39,389 nt of DNA from an uncultured Synechococcus sp. GTDB taxonomy: Bacteria; Cyanobacteriota; Cyanobacteriia; Phormidesmidales; Phormidesmidaceae. Numbering within the stretch: the first letter of the stretch is position 1; each line of letters opens with the position of its first letter. The notes beneath the pieces are model-generated. The model did no database searches, was not told where the DNA came from, and saw nothing but the letters and a program-made list of their open reading frames with translations. The stretch covers positions 1-39,389 of the forward strand of contig CALDSK010000140.1 in the NCBI GenBank assembly GCA_937911865.1, read 5' to 3'. Of the stretch, positions 28,432-36,718 are shown piece after piece. The translations under genes were made by a program, and so were the position numbers.

Positions 28432-29221
28432 CTATATTATTTGTTCTACGGTTCGCTCGGGCAGTACTCTGCTCGCCAGAACGCTGTCTGGGCTGGACGG
28501 CTGCGGTCAGCCAGAAGAGTCTTTTCACCGCCATATTATTCGACAAAAGCAGCTCAACCAAAGCTCAAAGAAGTTTATAGATTATTGTCAGGCAATTGTT
28601 GAAGCCAGCGTGAGAAAGGATGACGCCTTGGGTATAAAGCTTCACTGGTGGCAGCTGCGTGATTTTTTGATGCTTGCTAGACAGGCCGCCGATAGCGACA
28701 CAAGCCTGTCAGACCTGGCAGTGTTAGAGCAGTTTTTCCCTAATTTGAAGTTTGTTTATCTCTCAAGAGAGGATCGGGCAGCTCAGGCGGTGTCGGCTGC
28801 GATCGCCAGTCAAACCGGCCTTTGGGAAAAGAATGTCAGCATACCTGCGCCCACCGCAAAATTTCAGCCCTGGAAAATCTACGAGTGGGAGACCGCCCTA
28901 ACTGAGCAGCATCAGAACTGGCAGACCTTCTTTCAACAAAATAGTATTACGCCGTATCAACTCACCTATGAACAGCTGGTCTCAGCTTTTTCGCAGCAAA
29001 TCTCCCAGATAGTCGAGTATCTAGACCTGCCTGTAACACCATCCCCGGATGATATAGACATGCCCGTTCAGCGACAGGCTAACGCCAACAATCAACGCCT
29101 GATTAAGCAATACCAGCAGCTACCCAAGCCACTCAGCGCGGCATCTCTTTGGCTCTATCGTCAGCTAAAACCTTCGTCACAGCCCACTTTGACGGTTAGT
29201 TCGCCGCAGGAGAAAGCCTAA
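28418..29221 (+). CDS. Stf0-type (carbohydrate) sulfotransferase
   Basis: PAPS 5'-phosphosulfate loop STVRSGSTLLARTL and the Stf0-like YLSREDRAAQAVSAAIASQTGLW. ATG 28418 is preceded by AGGAGG (28404-28409) and overlaps the GT 3' end. Its TAA overlaps the next ATG (TAATG, 29219-29223). Confidence 0.8.
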   Translation: MSQPSYIICSTVRSGSTLLARTLSGLDGCGQPEESFHRHIIRQKQLNQSSKKFIDYCQAIVEASVRKDDALGIKLHWWQLRDFLMLARQAADSDTSLSDLAVLEQFFPNLKFVYLSREDRAAQAVSAAIASQTGLWEKNVSIPAPTAKFQPWKIYEWETALTEQHQNWQTFFQQNSITPYQLTYEQLVSAFSQQISQIVEYLDLPVTPSPDDIDMPVQRQANANNQRLIKQYQQLPKPLSAASLWLYRQLKPSSQPTLTVSSPQEKA

Positions 29222-32200
29222 TGACACAATCGCACTCTGACATAACGCAAGAGACTCAAAAGCAAAAGTCTCTAGAACCAGATGCTCTTAAACAAAGGCT
29301 ATCTGCACTATCCGTTCAGCAACGTTCGACACTGGCCAAAAAATTACAGAACCGTGCAGAGGCGAGCTCATCTTCTGCGAGTGCTTCTCAGCAGCTCGTG
29401 GCCTATGTATTGCCTGCTGAGCCCACTGTAGCGATAGATCCCTCTGAAATTAAGGCTGCCCTAAAGGAACAGCTGCCTGCCTACATGATGGTCTCTGCGC
29501 TGGTGCCGCTAGCAGACTTTCCACGAACGGCGAATGGAAAAATCGATGTAAACGCACTGCCCGCACCCGCTTCTCCTGTCAACACTCAGACCGTCTCACC
29601 GCCAACTACCCCTGAGGAGAAAACGCTAGCTGATATTTGGCGTGCGGTGCTAGGTCAGCCTACTGTGGGCATTCACGACAATTTTTTTGAGCTGGGCGGC
29701 GATTCTATTCTCAGCATTCAAATTGTTTCTAAGGCGAGAGAGGCAGGCTTGCGGTTAGCACCCAATCAACTGTTTGAGCAGCCTACGGTGGCTGAGCTGG
29801 CGGCAGCGGTGAATGCTGTTCCGGCGGTGAGGGCGGCGCAGTCTGTGGTGAGTGGTCCGGTTCCACTGACACCCATTCAGCGTTGGTTTGTAGAACAGAA
29901 GATGGCGGTGCCCTATCACTGGCATCAGGCGAGGCTGTTTCAGCTGTCAGCAGATGCTGATATTGAGCGGGTGAAAAGCGCGATCGCAATGCTATGGCAG
30001 CATCACGATGCACTTCGACTGCGCTTTACGCCTGAGGGGCAGCAAACGAATGCTGATATCGAACCTGCGCCAACCTGTTTGGAAATAGATATCTCGGCGC
30101 TAGATGCGGCGGGGCAAAGCGCTGCGATCGCCCGGCACGGTAGTGAGCTACATGCAAATTTGCGATCGCCTGATACCCCTCTCATGCAGGCCGCCTATTT
30201 CAATCGTGGCAAGGCTCAGTCTAACTGGCTGCTACTGAGCCTGCACCACTGGATAGTCGATACTGTCTCCTGGCAGATTATCCAAAATGATTTAGAAAAA
30301 CTGTTAGGTGCAACCGATCCTCAAGCGCAAAGTCTTCCTGAGAAAACAACTTCATTCAAGCAATGGGCTGAAACACTCCTCGCACAGGCTAATTCAAGAC
30401 AGGCTGAAGCTAGCTTTTGGTACGAGCAGGTAGAATCGTCAGCGATTGAAATCCCCGGTGCTACTGCGAAAACTACGCCAACAGAATCAACAACGGGTGA
30501 AGTGGTTACAGCGCTCTCTGAGGAGCACACGCAGCTACTGCTACAGTCTGTTCCTGCTGCCTACAACACTCAAATCAACGATGTTTTACTGACCGCGCTA
30601 ACAAAAACACTACTGCAGTGGGTGAATAAGACTGCTGGCAGTGTGCTGATAGCGTTAGAAGCTCATGGCCGTGAGGCGATCGCAGAGAGTGTAGATCTCT
30701 CTCGTACGGTGGGATGGTGTACAACAACTTATCCGGTTCGCTTGAGCATAGAAGAAGCCCCGAATTGGGGAGTGGCGCTTAAGGCTGTGAAAGAACAGCT
30801 GCGCCAGGTGCCTGATCGTGGCATTGGCTATGGGTTGCTGCGGTATTTAACCACTGGAGACGAGACTCAGGCGATGCGTCAGCGACTGGCGCAGGCGGCT
30901 TCTCCTAGTGTGCTGTTTAACTATTTAGGACAATATTCTTTAGGACAATATTCTAAAGGCGATGGCGTTGCTGAAAACGCGGCGCTGAAGCTGCTGCCTG
31001 ACGTTGACGTAGGTGTACTACGCAGCCCGCTAAATAAGCGTGACTATCTGCTAGAGATTAATGCTGTTGTGAGTCGCGGTCAGCTTCAGTGCAGCTGGCG
31101 CTATGATGAAACGCTTTATTCGGCTGAAACCATAGCGCACTTGGCTTATCAATATCTAGAAGCGCTGACGGCACTGATTGCCCACTGCACAGGGACTGAA
31201 GAGACTGGATTCACACCGTCGGATTTTCCAGATGCAGGGCTGACGCAAGCTGAGCTAGATGCGTTTATCGCTCAGCTGATAGATAGCTCAGCTGTGAGCG
31301 CAAAGCAGCAGGTTGCATCGATTTATCCTTTGGCCTCTTTGCAGCAGGCTTTCTTGTGGCATAGCTTACAGACTTCTGCTGCGGCTGGACTGCTCCACAT
31401 GCGCTGCACGCTGCATGGTGAAGTCGATACGACGCTTTTTCAGCGGGCCTGGAATACGGCTGTCGCTGGCCACCCAGTTTTACGAACCTCTGTGCACTGG
31501 GAGGGTGTGAAGCGGCCTTTGCAGGTGGTGGCCCAGCAGGTAAATCTGCCTGTGGCTGTCCTAGACTGGCGAGATAATGTGTCAGTTGAGCGCCAGATAG
31601 AAGACTTTTTACAGGAGGATAGCGATCGCAGCTTCATCCTCACCCAAGCCCCCATCTCTCGTCTAACGCTCATTCGCACAGCACAGACCACTTACGAATT
31701 TATTTGGACCTGTCATCACCTGTTGTTAGACGGCTGGTCTGGCGCTTTGGTGCTCAATCAAGTGATGGAAAGCTACGAGGCGCTGCGTCAAGGCAAGGTG
31801 CTTTCCCCCGCTGCTACGCCAACTTATCAGACCTATATTCGCTGGCAGCAACAGCAAGATGCAGCCGCCGCCAAAGCCTTTTGGCAAAAGACCTTGAGAG
31901 GATTCGCGACGCCAACGCCGCTACCGTTTGTTGATACTTCTGTTGATCTACCTGAAACGGAGCGGCAGGCGGAAGCTGCGGTAGTGCTGACGGTAGAAGA
32001 GACGGCTGCGGTGAATGCGTTTTTGCGATCGCACCGCCTTACGCTAAACACTTTTATGCAGGGCCTCTGGGCACTGACCCTAAACGGCTACAGCCAATCT
32101 TCAGATGTGTTGTTTGGTGCAACTGTGTCTGGCCGTCAGGGCGATTTGGCTGGCGTAGCGTCAACGGTGGGGTTGCTAATCAATGTGCTGCCGATCCGAA

Positions 32201-33936
32201 TGAAGATTTCGGCTTCGATGTCTGCTTTAGATTGGCTACAAAGCTGGCAACAGCAGCAGGCTGAAATGACGCCTTATGCCCATGCTTCGCTTACTGATAT
32301 TCAGGCTTGGTGCGAGCTGTCTGGTCGTCTTTCTGGCCGTCCTTCCGGCCGTCTTTTCGATAGCTTGCTCGTGATTGAAAACTATCCTATGAGTTTGCAG
32401 GCTGACGCTGCCAGCGTCCGGCTAGAAAATATGCGTTCGGGTGTGGTGAGTACCTACGGCCTGACGGTGCTTGTGAAACCAGGCGATGCCCTGACGCTCT
32501 CTATAGCGTCGGCCTATGCAGCGCGATCTGATATCCAAGATGTTTTGCAGCAGTTCCATCAGCTTTTAACCGCTATCGTTACGACACCTACGGCCTCGGT
32601 CGAAGAGGCTGTGGCAGCTGGTGATTTTTCAGCGATCTCTTCACGATCTGCTACGTTACTGGCTTCACCATCAGGCGTGGATGTTCACGCAGATTATCTG
32701 CCAGATCTGAGCCGGGAGGCGCTAGCTGATTCCTTCACCGCGCCTCGTAACTCACTAGAGCTGAGGTTACTTAAAATTTGGTCAGCTGTTTTGGGCCCGG
32801 CTTCTGAGCGGGCCACAGAGGCGCGTGCTGCCAGCCAGCTGACGGTAGAAGATAGCTTTTTCGACTGGGGCGGCAATTCTATGCAGGCCGTACAGCTGTT
32901 TAATCGTATGCAAACAGAACTAGACTGTACGTTACCCATTGCAACCTTATTTCAAGCGCCCAGCGTTCGTCAGTTTGCGGCCTTATTAGCTAAGTCTAAG
33001 GCTGAGGTAGACGGCGGCTCTGCTGCGATTCAATGGTCTAGCCTGGTCCCTGTGCAGCCTAGTGGCACGGAGCGTCCTTTTTTCTTTCATGGCGGCTCAG
33101 CCGATGCGCTGACATGGGCCCGGTTCTCTCAGCTGCTAGGAGCCAATCAGCCCTTTTACGCGTTTCAACGTCCTGATTTAGACGGGCGAGACAGTCTGCC
33201 GCTTACAGTAGAAGCGCTGGCGGCAAACTGCATAGCAGAGCTGCGAAACGTGCAGCCAGAAGGGCCTTATATCCTGGGTGGGCACTGCTTTGGGGGGGCC
33301 GTTGCTTTTGAAATGGCGCAGCAGCTTCAGGCCCAAGGGCAAGCCGTGGCCAGTGTGATTTTGATTGATGCCTATCGCCCTGAGGTACTGCCCAAGACTC
33401 GCCGAATTCAGCTACAAACGCAGCTGAATTTGGGCATTTTCTGGCTGCGCAAAAACTATTATTACTACGGTAATAAAGAGAATATTAGCCGTTTGCCTAG
33501 TCGGCTGTGGCAGCGAATTCGACCTGCTAAAGGCCGCTCAACATTGGCTGCCGAGAAGCCTGCTGTTGTTGAGATCTCTATGCCTTCTGAAACGTCTTCT
33601 GAAGCTTTTTCTGGAGCCTTTTCTGAAGCCAATTCTGAACAGCCTGATGAGATGTCCTATGAGATGCGCTACGAGCGGGCGATCGCAGCGAATGAAATTG
33701 CCGTGGCTCAGTACCAGGCTCAGCCCTACAGCGGCGATCTTAAACTGTTCCGCGCTCGGGTGCAGATGCTCGAATGGTATTTCGGGCTGATGCTGGGCTG
33801 GAACTCTGTGGTAAATGGTAAGCTCTCGGCGTCGGTTATTCCAGGCTTTTTTGGTAATTTATTCAATCAGAGGGCACTGCCGACACTGACGGCGCAGGTT
33901 AAAAAGCATCTGAATACGCTAAAAAGTAGCCTTTAG
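29221..33936 (+). CDS. NRPS: orphan A-domain C-terminal piece (A9-A10), PCP, E, C, PCP, TE-like domain, with no A domain in the last module
   Basis: Residues 57-116 read LVAYVLP...LPAYMMVSALVPLADFPRTANGKIDVNALPAP (A9/A10; Lys codon 29539-29541). The first PCP is FFELGGDS. The E domain has PLTPIQRWF, HHWIVDTVSW (30244) and EAHGREA. The C domain has YPLASLQQAFLWH and HHLLLDGW (31714). The second PCP is FFDWGGNS (Ser codon 32878). The TE has PFFFHGGS... and the elbow GGHCFGG (Cys codon 33286-33288). Confidence 0.85.
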   Translation: MTQSHSDITQETQKQKSLEPDALKQRLSALSVQQRSTLAKKLQNRAEASSSSASASQQLVAYVLPAEPTVAIDPSEIKAALKEQLPAYMMVSALVPLADFPRTANGKIDVNALPAPASPVNTQTVSPPTTPEEKTLADIWRAVLGQPTVGIHDNFFELGGDSILSIQIVSKAREAGLRLAPNQLFEQPTVAELAAAVNAVPAVRAAQSVVSGPVPLTPIQRWFVEQKMAVPYHWHQARLFQLSADADIERVKSAIAMLWQHHDALRLRFTPEGQQTNADIEPAPTCLEIDISALDAAGQSAAIARHGSELHANLRSPDTPLMQAAYFNRGKAQSNWLLLSLHHWIVDTVSWQIIQNDLEKLLGATDPQAQSLPEKTTSFKQWAETLLAQANSRQAEASFWYEQVESSAIEIPGATAKTTPTESTTGEVVTALSEEHTQLLLQSVPAAYNTQINDVLLTALTKTLLQWVNKTAGSVLIALEAHGREAIAESVDLSRTVGWCTTTYPVRLSIEEAPNWGVALKAVKEQLRQVPDRGIGYGLLRYLTTGDETQAMRQRLAQAASPSVLFNYLGQYSLGQYSKGDGVAENAALKLLPDVDVGVLRSPLNKRDYLLEINAVVSRGQLQCSWRYDETLYSAETIAHLAYQYLEALTALIAHCTGTEETGFTPSDFPDAGLTQAELDAFIAQLIDSSAVSAKQQVASIYPLASLQQAFLWHSLQTSAAAGLLHMRCTLHGEVDTTLFQRAWNTAVAGHPVLRTSVHWEGVKRPLQVVAQQVNLPVAVLDWRDNVSVERQIEDFLQEDSDRSFILTQAPISRLTLIRTAQTTYEFIWTCHHLLLDGWSGALVLNQVMESYEALRQGKVLSPAATPTYQTYIRWQQQQDAAAAKAFWQKTLRGFATPTPLPFVDTSVDLPETERQAEAAVVLTVEETAAVNAFLRSHRLTLNTFMQGLWALTLNGYSQSSDVLFGATVSGRQGDLAGVASTVGLLINVLPIRMKISASMSALDWLQSWQQQQAEMTPYAHASLTDIQAWCELSGRLSGRPSGRLFDSLLVIENYPMSLQADAASVRLENMRSGVVSTYGLTVLVKPGDALTLSIASAYAARSDIQDVLQQFHQLLTAIVTTPTASVEEAVAAGDFSAISSRSATLLASPSGVDVHADYLPDLSREALADSFTAPRNSLELRLLKIWSAVLGPASERATEARAASQLTVEDSFFDWGGNSMQAVQLFNRMQTELDCTLPIATLFQAPSVRQFAALLAKSKAEVDGGSAAIQWSSLVPVQPSGTERPFFFHGGSADALTWARFSQLLGANQPFYAFQRPDLDGRDSLPLTVEALAANCIAELRNVQPEGPYILGGHCFGGAVAFEMAQQLQAQGQAVASVILIDAYRPEVLPKTRRIQLQTQLNLGIFWLRKNYYYYGNKENISRLPSRLWQRIRPAKGRSTLAAEKPAVVEISMPSETSSEAFSGAFSEANSEQPDEMSYEMRYERAIAANEIAVAQYQAQPYSGDLKLFRARVQMLEWYFGLMLGWNSVVNGKLSASVIPGFFGNLFNQRALPTLTAQVKKHLNTLKSSL

Positions 33937-34028
33937 ATAAACTGTTCTTGAAGTGTGACCGGAATGTATGCCGTACAGCGTGGTGTGACTGTAAGCTAGG
34001 TTTTTTGCTGAAAGACCCCCTCTTTGCT

Positions 34029-35165
34029 ATGGCTACCCCCACTAAAATCCTTCAAATTGTGCCGCGCATTTCACCGGAAATGGACGGTGTGGGTGAGTAT
34101 TCGCTAAGGCTGTCAAAACGACTGCGCGCGAACCATCAAATTGATTCGGCCTTTTTAGTTGTGCGGCCTAGCGATAAAAATCAGCCGACGCTAGACGGGT
34201 TTGCGGTGCACTGTTTGCGATCGCATACGGTAGATGCCTTTCTAGATCTGGTGCCCTCAGATGTCTCTGCGGTGGTTTTGCAGTACAGCAACTATCCCTA
34301 TCTGCAAGGCAAGCTAGACGCGCCTATGTGGCTAGGTCTGGCGATGAGAAAGCTGAAGGCAAAAGGCATTGTGACCATTGTGATGTTTCATGAGCTGCCG
34401 ACTTTAAAGTATGGTGTGCTGCGTATGCCGAATCCAATTCAAGGACGGCTCTCTCGTGAGCTGGCTCAAGATTCGGACATTTCGCTGACTAACAATGAAG
34501 CGTTTCAAGAGGTTTTAGAAAAGTGGGCCCCACAGCCGGTTCACTGTCTGCCAAATTTTGCGACGATTGGTGAGCCTGATACGGTACTGCCGCTGGCTGA
34601 GCGCGATCGCGCCCTAGTGGTATTTGGCAGTACCGACCGCCGCCGGGTGTATCAAAGCAATTTGCAACAGCTGAAAGAAATTTGCGAACGGCTGCAGATT
34701 CATACGCTGTACGATGTGGGGCGCTCATTAGAGTGGGATTCTGAGAGCCTTGCGCCTACGGTGAAAACGGTGCGCACTGGGATGCTGTCAGATGAAGAGG
34801 TCAGCGCCCTGATGTCAAGATCTTTTGCTGGGGTATTTGACTATCACAGATTTCCGCGTAATTTGGGTAAATCGACGGTGTATGCCGCCTACTGCGCTCA
34901 CGGCCTGCTGCCCATCTGTAACGGTAGCTTTTTACGCCCTCAAGACGGTACAGTTGCCGATACGCACTATGTTGATACCTTTACGCTGCATACTCGCTCT
35001 GCGCAATCATCGACTGACGACTGGCTGCAAACGATTGCGACCAATGCCCACGAGCTGTATCTCACCAGGTCGCTCGACAGCTGCGCCCAAAAGTATGCGC
35101 AGCTAGTGCAATCAACTGAGGCTATGGCGAGTGCCCAGGCAGGTACGCAAGTTTCTATAAGTTGA
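34029..35165 (+). CDS. Putative glycosyltransferase (GT-B fold, GT4/GT1-like)
   Basis: The N-terminal KILQIVPRISPEMDGVGEYSLRLSKRL is typical of GT4 N-termini. The C-terminal half has LVVFGS... and GKSTVYAAYCAHGLLPI in place of the usual E-x7-E region. ATG 34029 is preferred over the longer ORF from 33948. Confidence 0.5.
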   Translation: MATPTKILQIVPRISPEMDGVGEYSLRLSKRLRANHQIDSAFLVVRPSDKNQPTLDGFAVHCLRSHTVDAFLDLVPSDVSAVVLQYSNYPYLQGKLDAPMWLGLAMRKLKAKGIVTIVMFHELPTLKYGVLRMPNPIQGRLSRELAQDSDISLTNNEAFQEVLEKWAPQPVHCLPNFATIGEPDTVLPLAERDRALVVFGSTDRRRVYQSNLQQLKEICERLQIHTLYDVGRSLEWDSESLAPTVKTVRTGMLSDEEVSALMSRSFAGVFDYHRFPRNLGKSTVYAAYCAHGLLPICNGSFLRPQDGTVADTHYVDTFTLHTRSAQSSTDDWLQTIATNAHELYLTRSLDSCAQKYAQLVQSTEAMASAQAGTQVSIS

Positions 35166-35215
35166 TGCGATAAGTTGACGCGGTGACCTAACGCTTTCTC
35201 TAACCGGTGCTAACA

Positions 35216-36172
35216 ATGCAATCGACCGACTACCCAAAACTTTTTGTAGTGGGTTGCCCGCGTTCGGGCACGTCCTGGGTCACTAAACTGATTGCTAGTC
35301 ACCACACTGTTGTTGAAATTCCGATAGAAACTCACGCCTATCCTTTTCTCTATGAGCCGTTTCTGCGGCTGCCAGCTCAAAGACTGCCTTCACGCTTGCG
35401 CTCGTGGAAAGGGATTGTTCGGCGCTATGGCCTTTGGCCTCTGCTACTGGGGTTCGAGTCTTCAGACATCTGGCGAGGAATTCTACGAAATTACGAGATT
35501 CTCAATACAGAAAACAGTCATGGTTTAAGGCTGTTGGCTGACTATTCCACCTTTGAATCATTGTTGCAAACAGCGCAGCTTCGGCCGGGTCCTGATTTGG
35601 AAAAGGCGGAGCAGCTGATTGGTGATTTGTTTGACTTATTTTTTCAGGAAAAAGGGCAGGCGGGCAGCACGCTGCTAGAAAAAACGCCGATGCATATTCG
35701 CTATTGCGATCGCATTCTTCAACGCTTTCCCAACGCGCAAATTATAGAAGTGATTCGCGATGGCCGAGACGTGTGTGCGTCTTTTCAGGCATTGGCCCAG
35801 CAGTTTGCCTGGGCTGATATGGGTACCGCAGCTGTTATGCACCAGTGGAAAAGCTGTATAGCGCTAGGAGAAAAGTGGCGATCGCATTCAGAATTCGCCG
35901 ATAGAATTCACACCGTACGTTTTGAAGCATTGAAGGCAGATGCTGAGGATCAGCTTCAACAGATTTTCTCTTTTGCCAACCTGGATACGACACCGCAACA
36001 GGTGAGCGAGATTGTACAGAGCGCAGATATTCGCCGGGTTAAAGATAAGGGCGAAGGGCAGTATGTGCGTAAAGGAATTGTAGGAGATTGGAAAGAGCGC
36101 CTGTCGGCTGAGGATGTGGCTATGTGTGAGGCGATCGCAGGTGAGCAGCTAAAATATTTAGGCTACATGTAA
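35216..36172 (+). CDS. PAPS-dependent sulfotransferase
   Basis: 5'-PSB loop VVGCPRSGTSWVTKLI and 3'-PB motif IEVIRDGRDVCASF. The C-terminal VRKGIVGDWKERLS is typical of cytosolic-type sulfotransferases. Confidence 0.8.
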   Translation: MQSTDYPKLFVVGCPRSGTSWVTKLIASHHTVVEIPIETHAYPFLYEPFLRLPAQRLPSRLRSWKGIVRRYGLWPLLLGFESSDIWRGILRNYEILNTENSHGLRLLADYSTFESLLQTAQLRPGPDLEKAEQLIGDLFDLFFQEKGQAGSTLLEKTPMHIRYCDRILQRFPNAQIIEVIRDGRDVCASFQALAQQFAWADMGTAAVMHQWKSCIALGEKWRSHSEFADRIHTVRFEALKADAEDQLQQIFSFANLDTTPQQVSEIVQSADIRRVKDKGEGQYVRKGIVGDWKERLSAEDVAMCEAIAGEQLKYLGYM

Positions 36173-36718
36173 TCTTCTGTTATGAATGGTTATCTATCAA
36201 AACTTCTCACACAGCATTTTTTGTTGAGCCGATTCATTTAAAAAATAAAAATTGTTGTAAAGTATGATTACGCTAGAATCTATAGGCTAGGCGCAACAAG
36301 CGCAACGCGATTGATGTGAGTTAAGTCTTAAAGGGATAGTAGAAGGTGATTTCATTGTTTAGTTCTTACAGTCACTGATATCAAGTTGTAAAAAAACTCA
36401 AGATTGTCAGCTTATTAACTAAAAAACAGCTCCTTATTCTAAATTGATAGTGACTTTTTATACACTCTTTTATTTTTTTCTTTAGTTGTAAGATTTTTTT
36501 AATCTATTTATTCTTTTACTTTCGCGAATGTAGCGTAACCTTTTGTACAATTAGAATTTATTGATAAAAGCTTGTTAATCATATCTATCTATAAAGGCGC
36601 ACTCTGCTATTAAATGAGGATATAGATCATGGATGAGGATGTAGATCAATGTCAAACAATGTCGGAATAAATTCTATAATAAAAGCACTCGGATAGCTAT
36701 CTACTTTAAAGTCCAAGT

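Noticed and set aside
28154-28561. 135-aa minus-strand ORF, and similar antisense ORFs inside the NRPS genes (for example 17626..18111, 21329..21679, 23401..23751 and 31440..31691)
   Set aside because: All overlap plus-strand ORFs with unambiguous NRPS, GT or ST motifs. Their translations are Arg/Ser/Pro-rich, as expected for antisense reading of this DNA.
27037-29221. GT and ST genes between the A-domain halves as an intein, intron or in-frame embedded domain
   Set aside because: The ORFs are in different frames from both NRPS parts and have their own start and stop codons. One has a strong AGGAGG site. No intein splice motifs or group I/II intron features are visible. They are separate genes.
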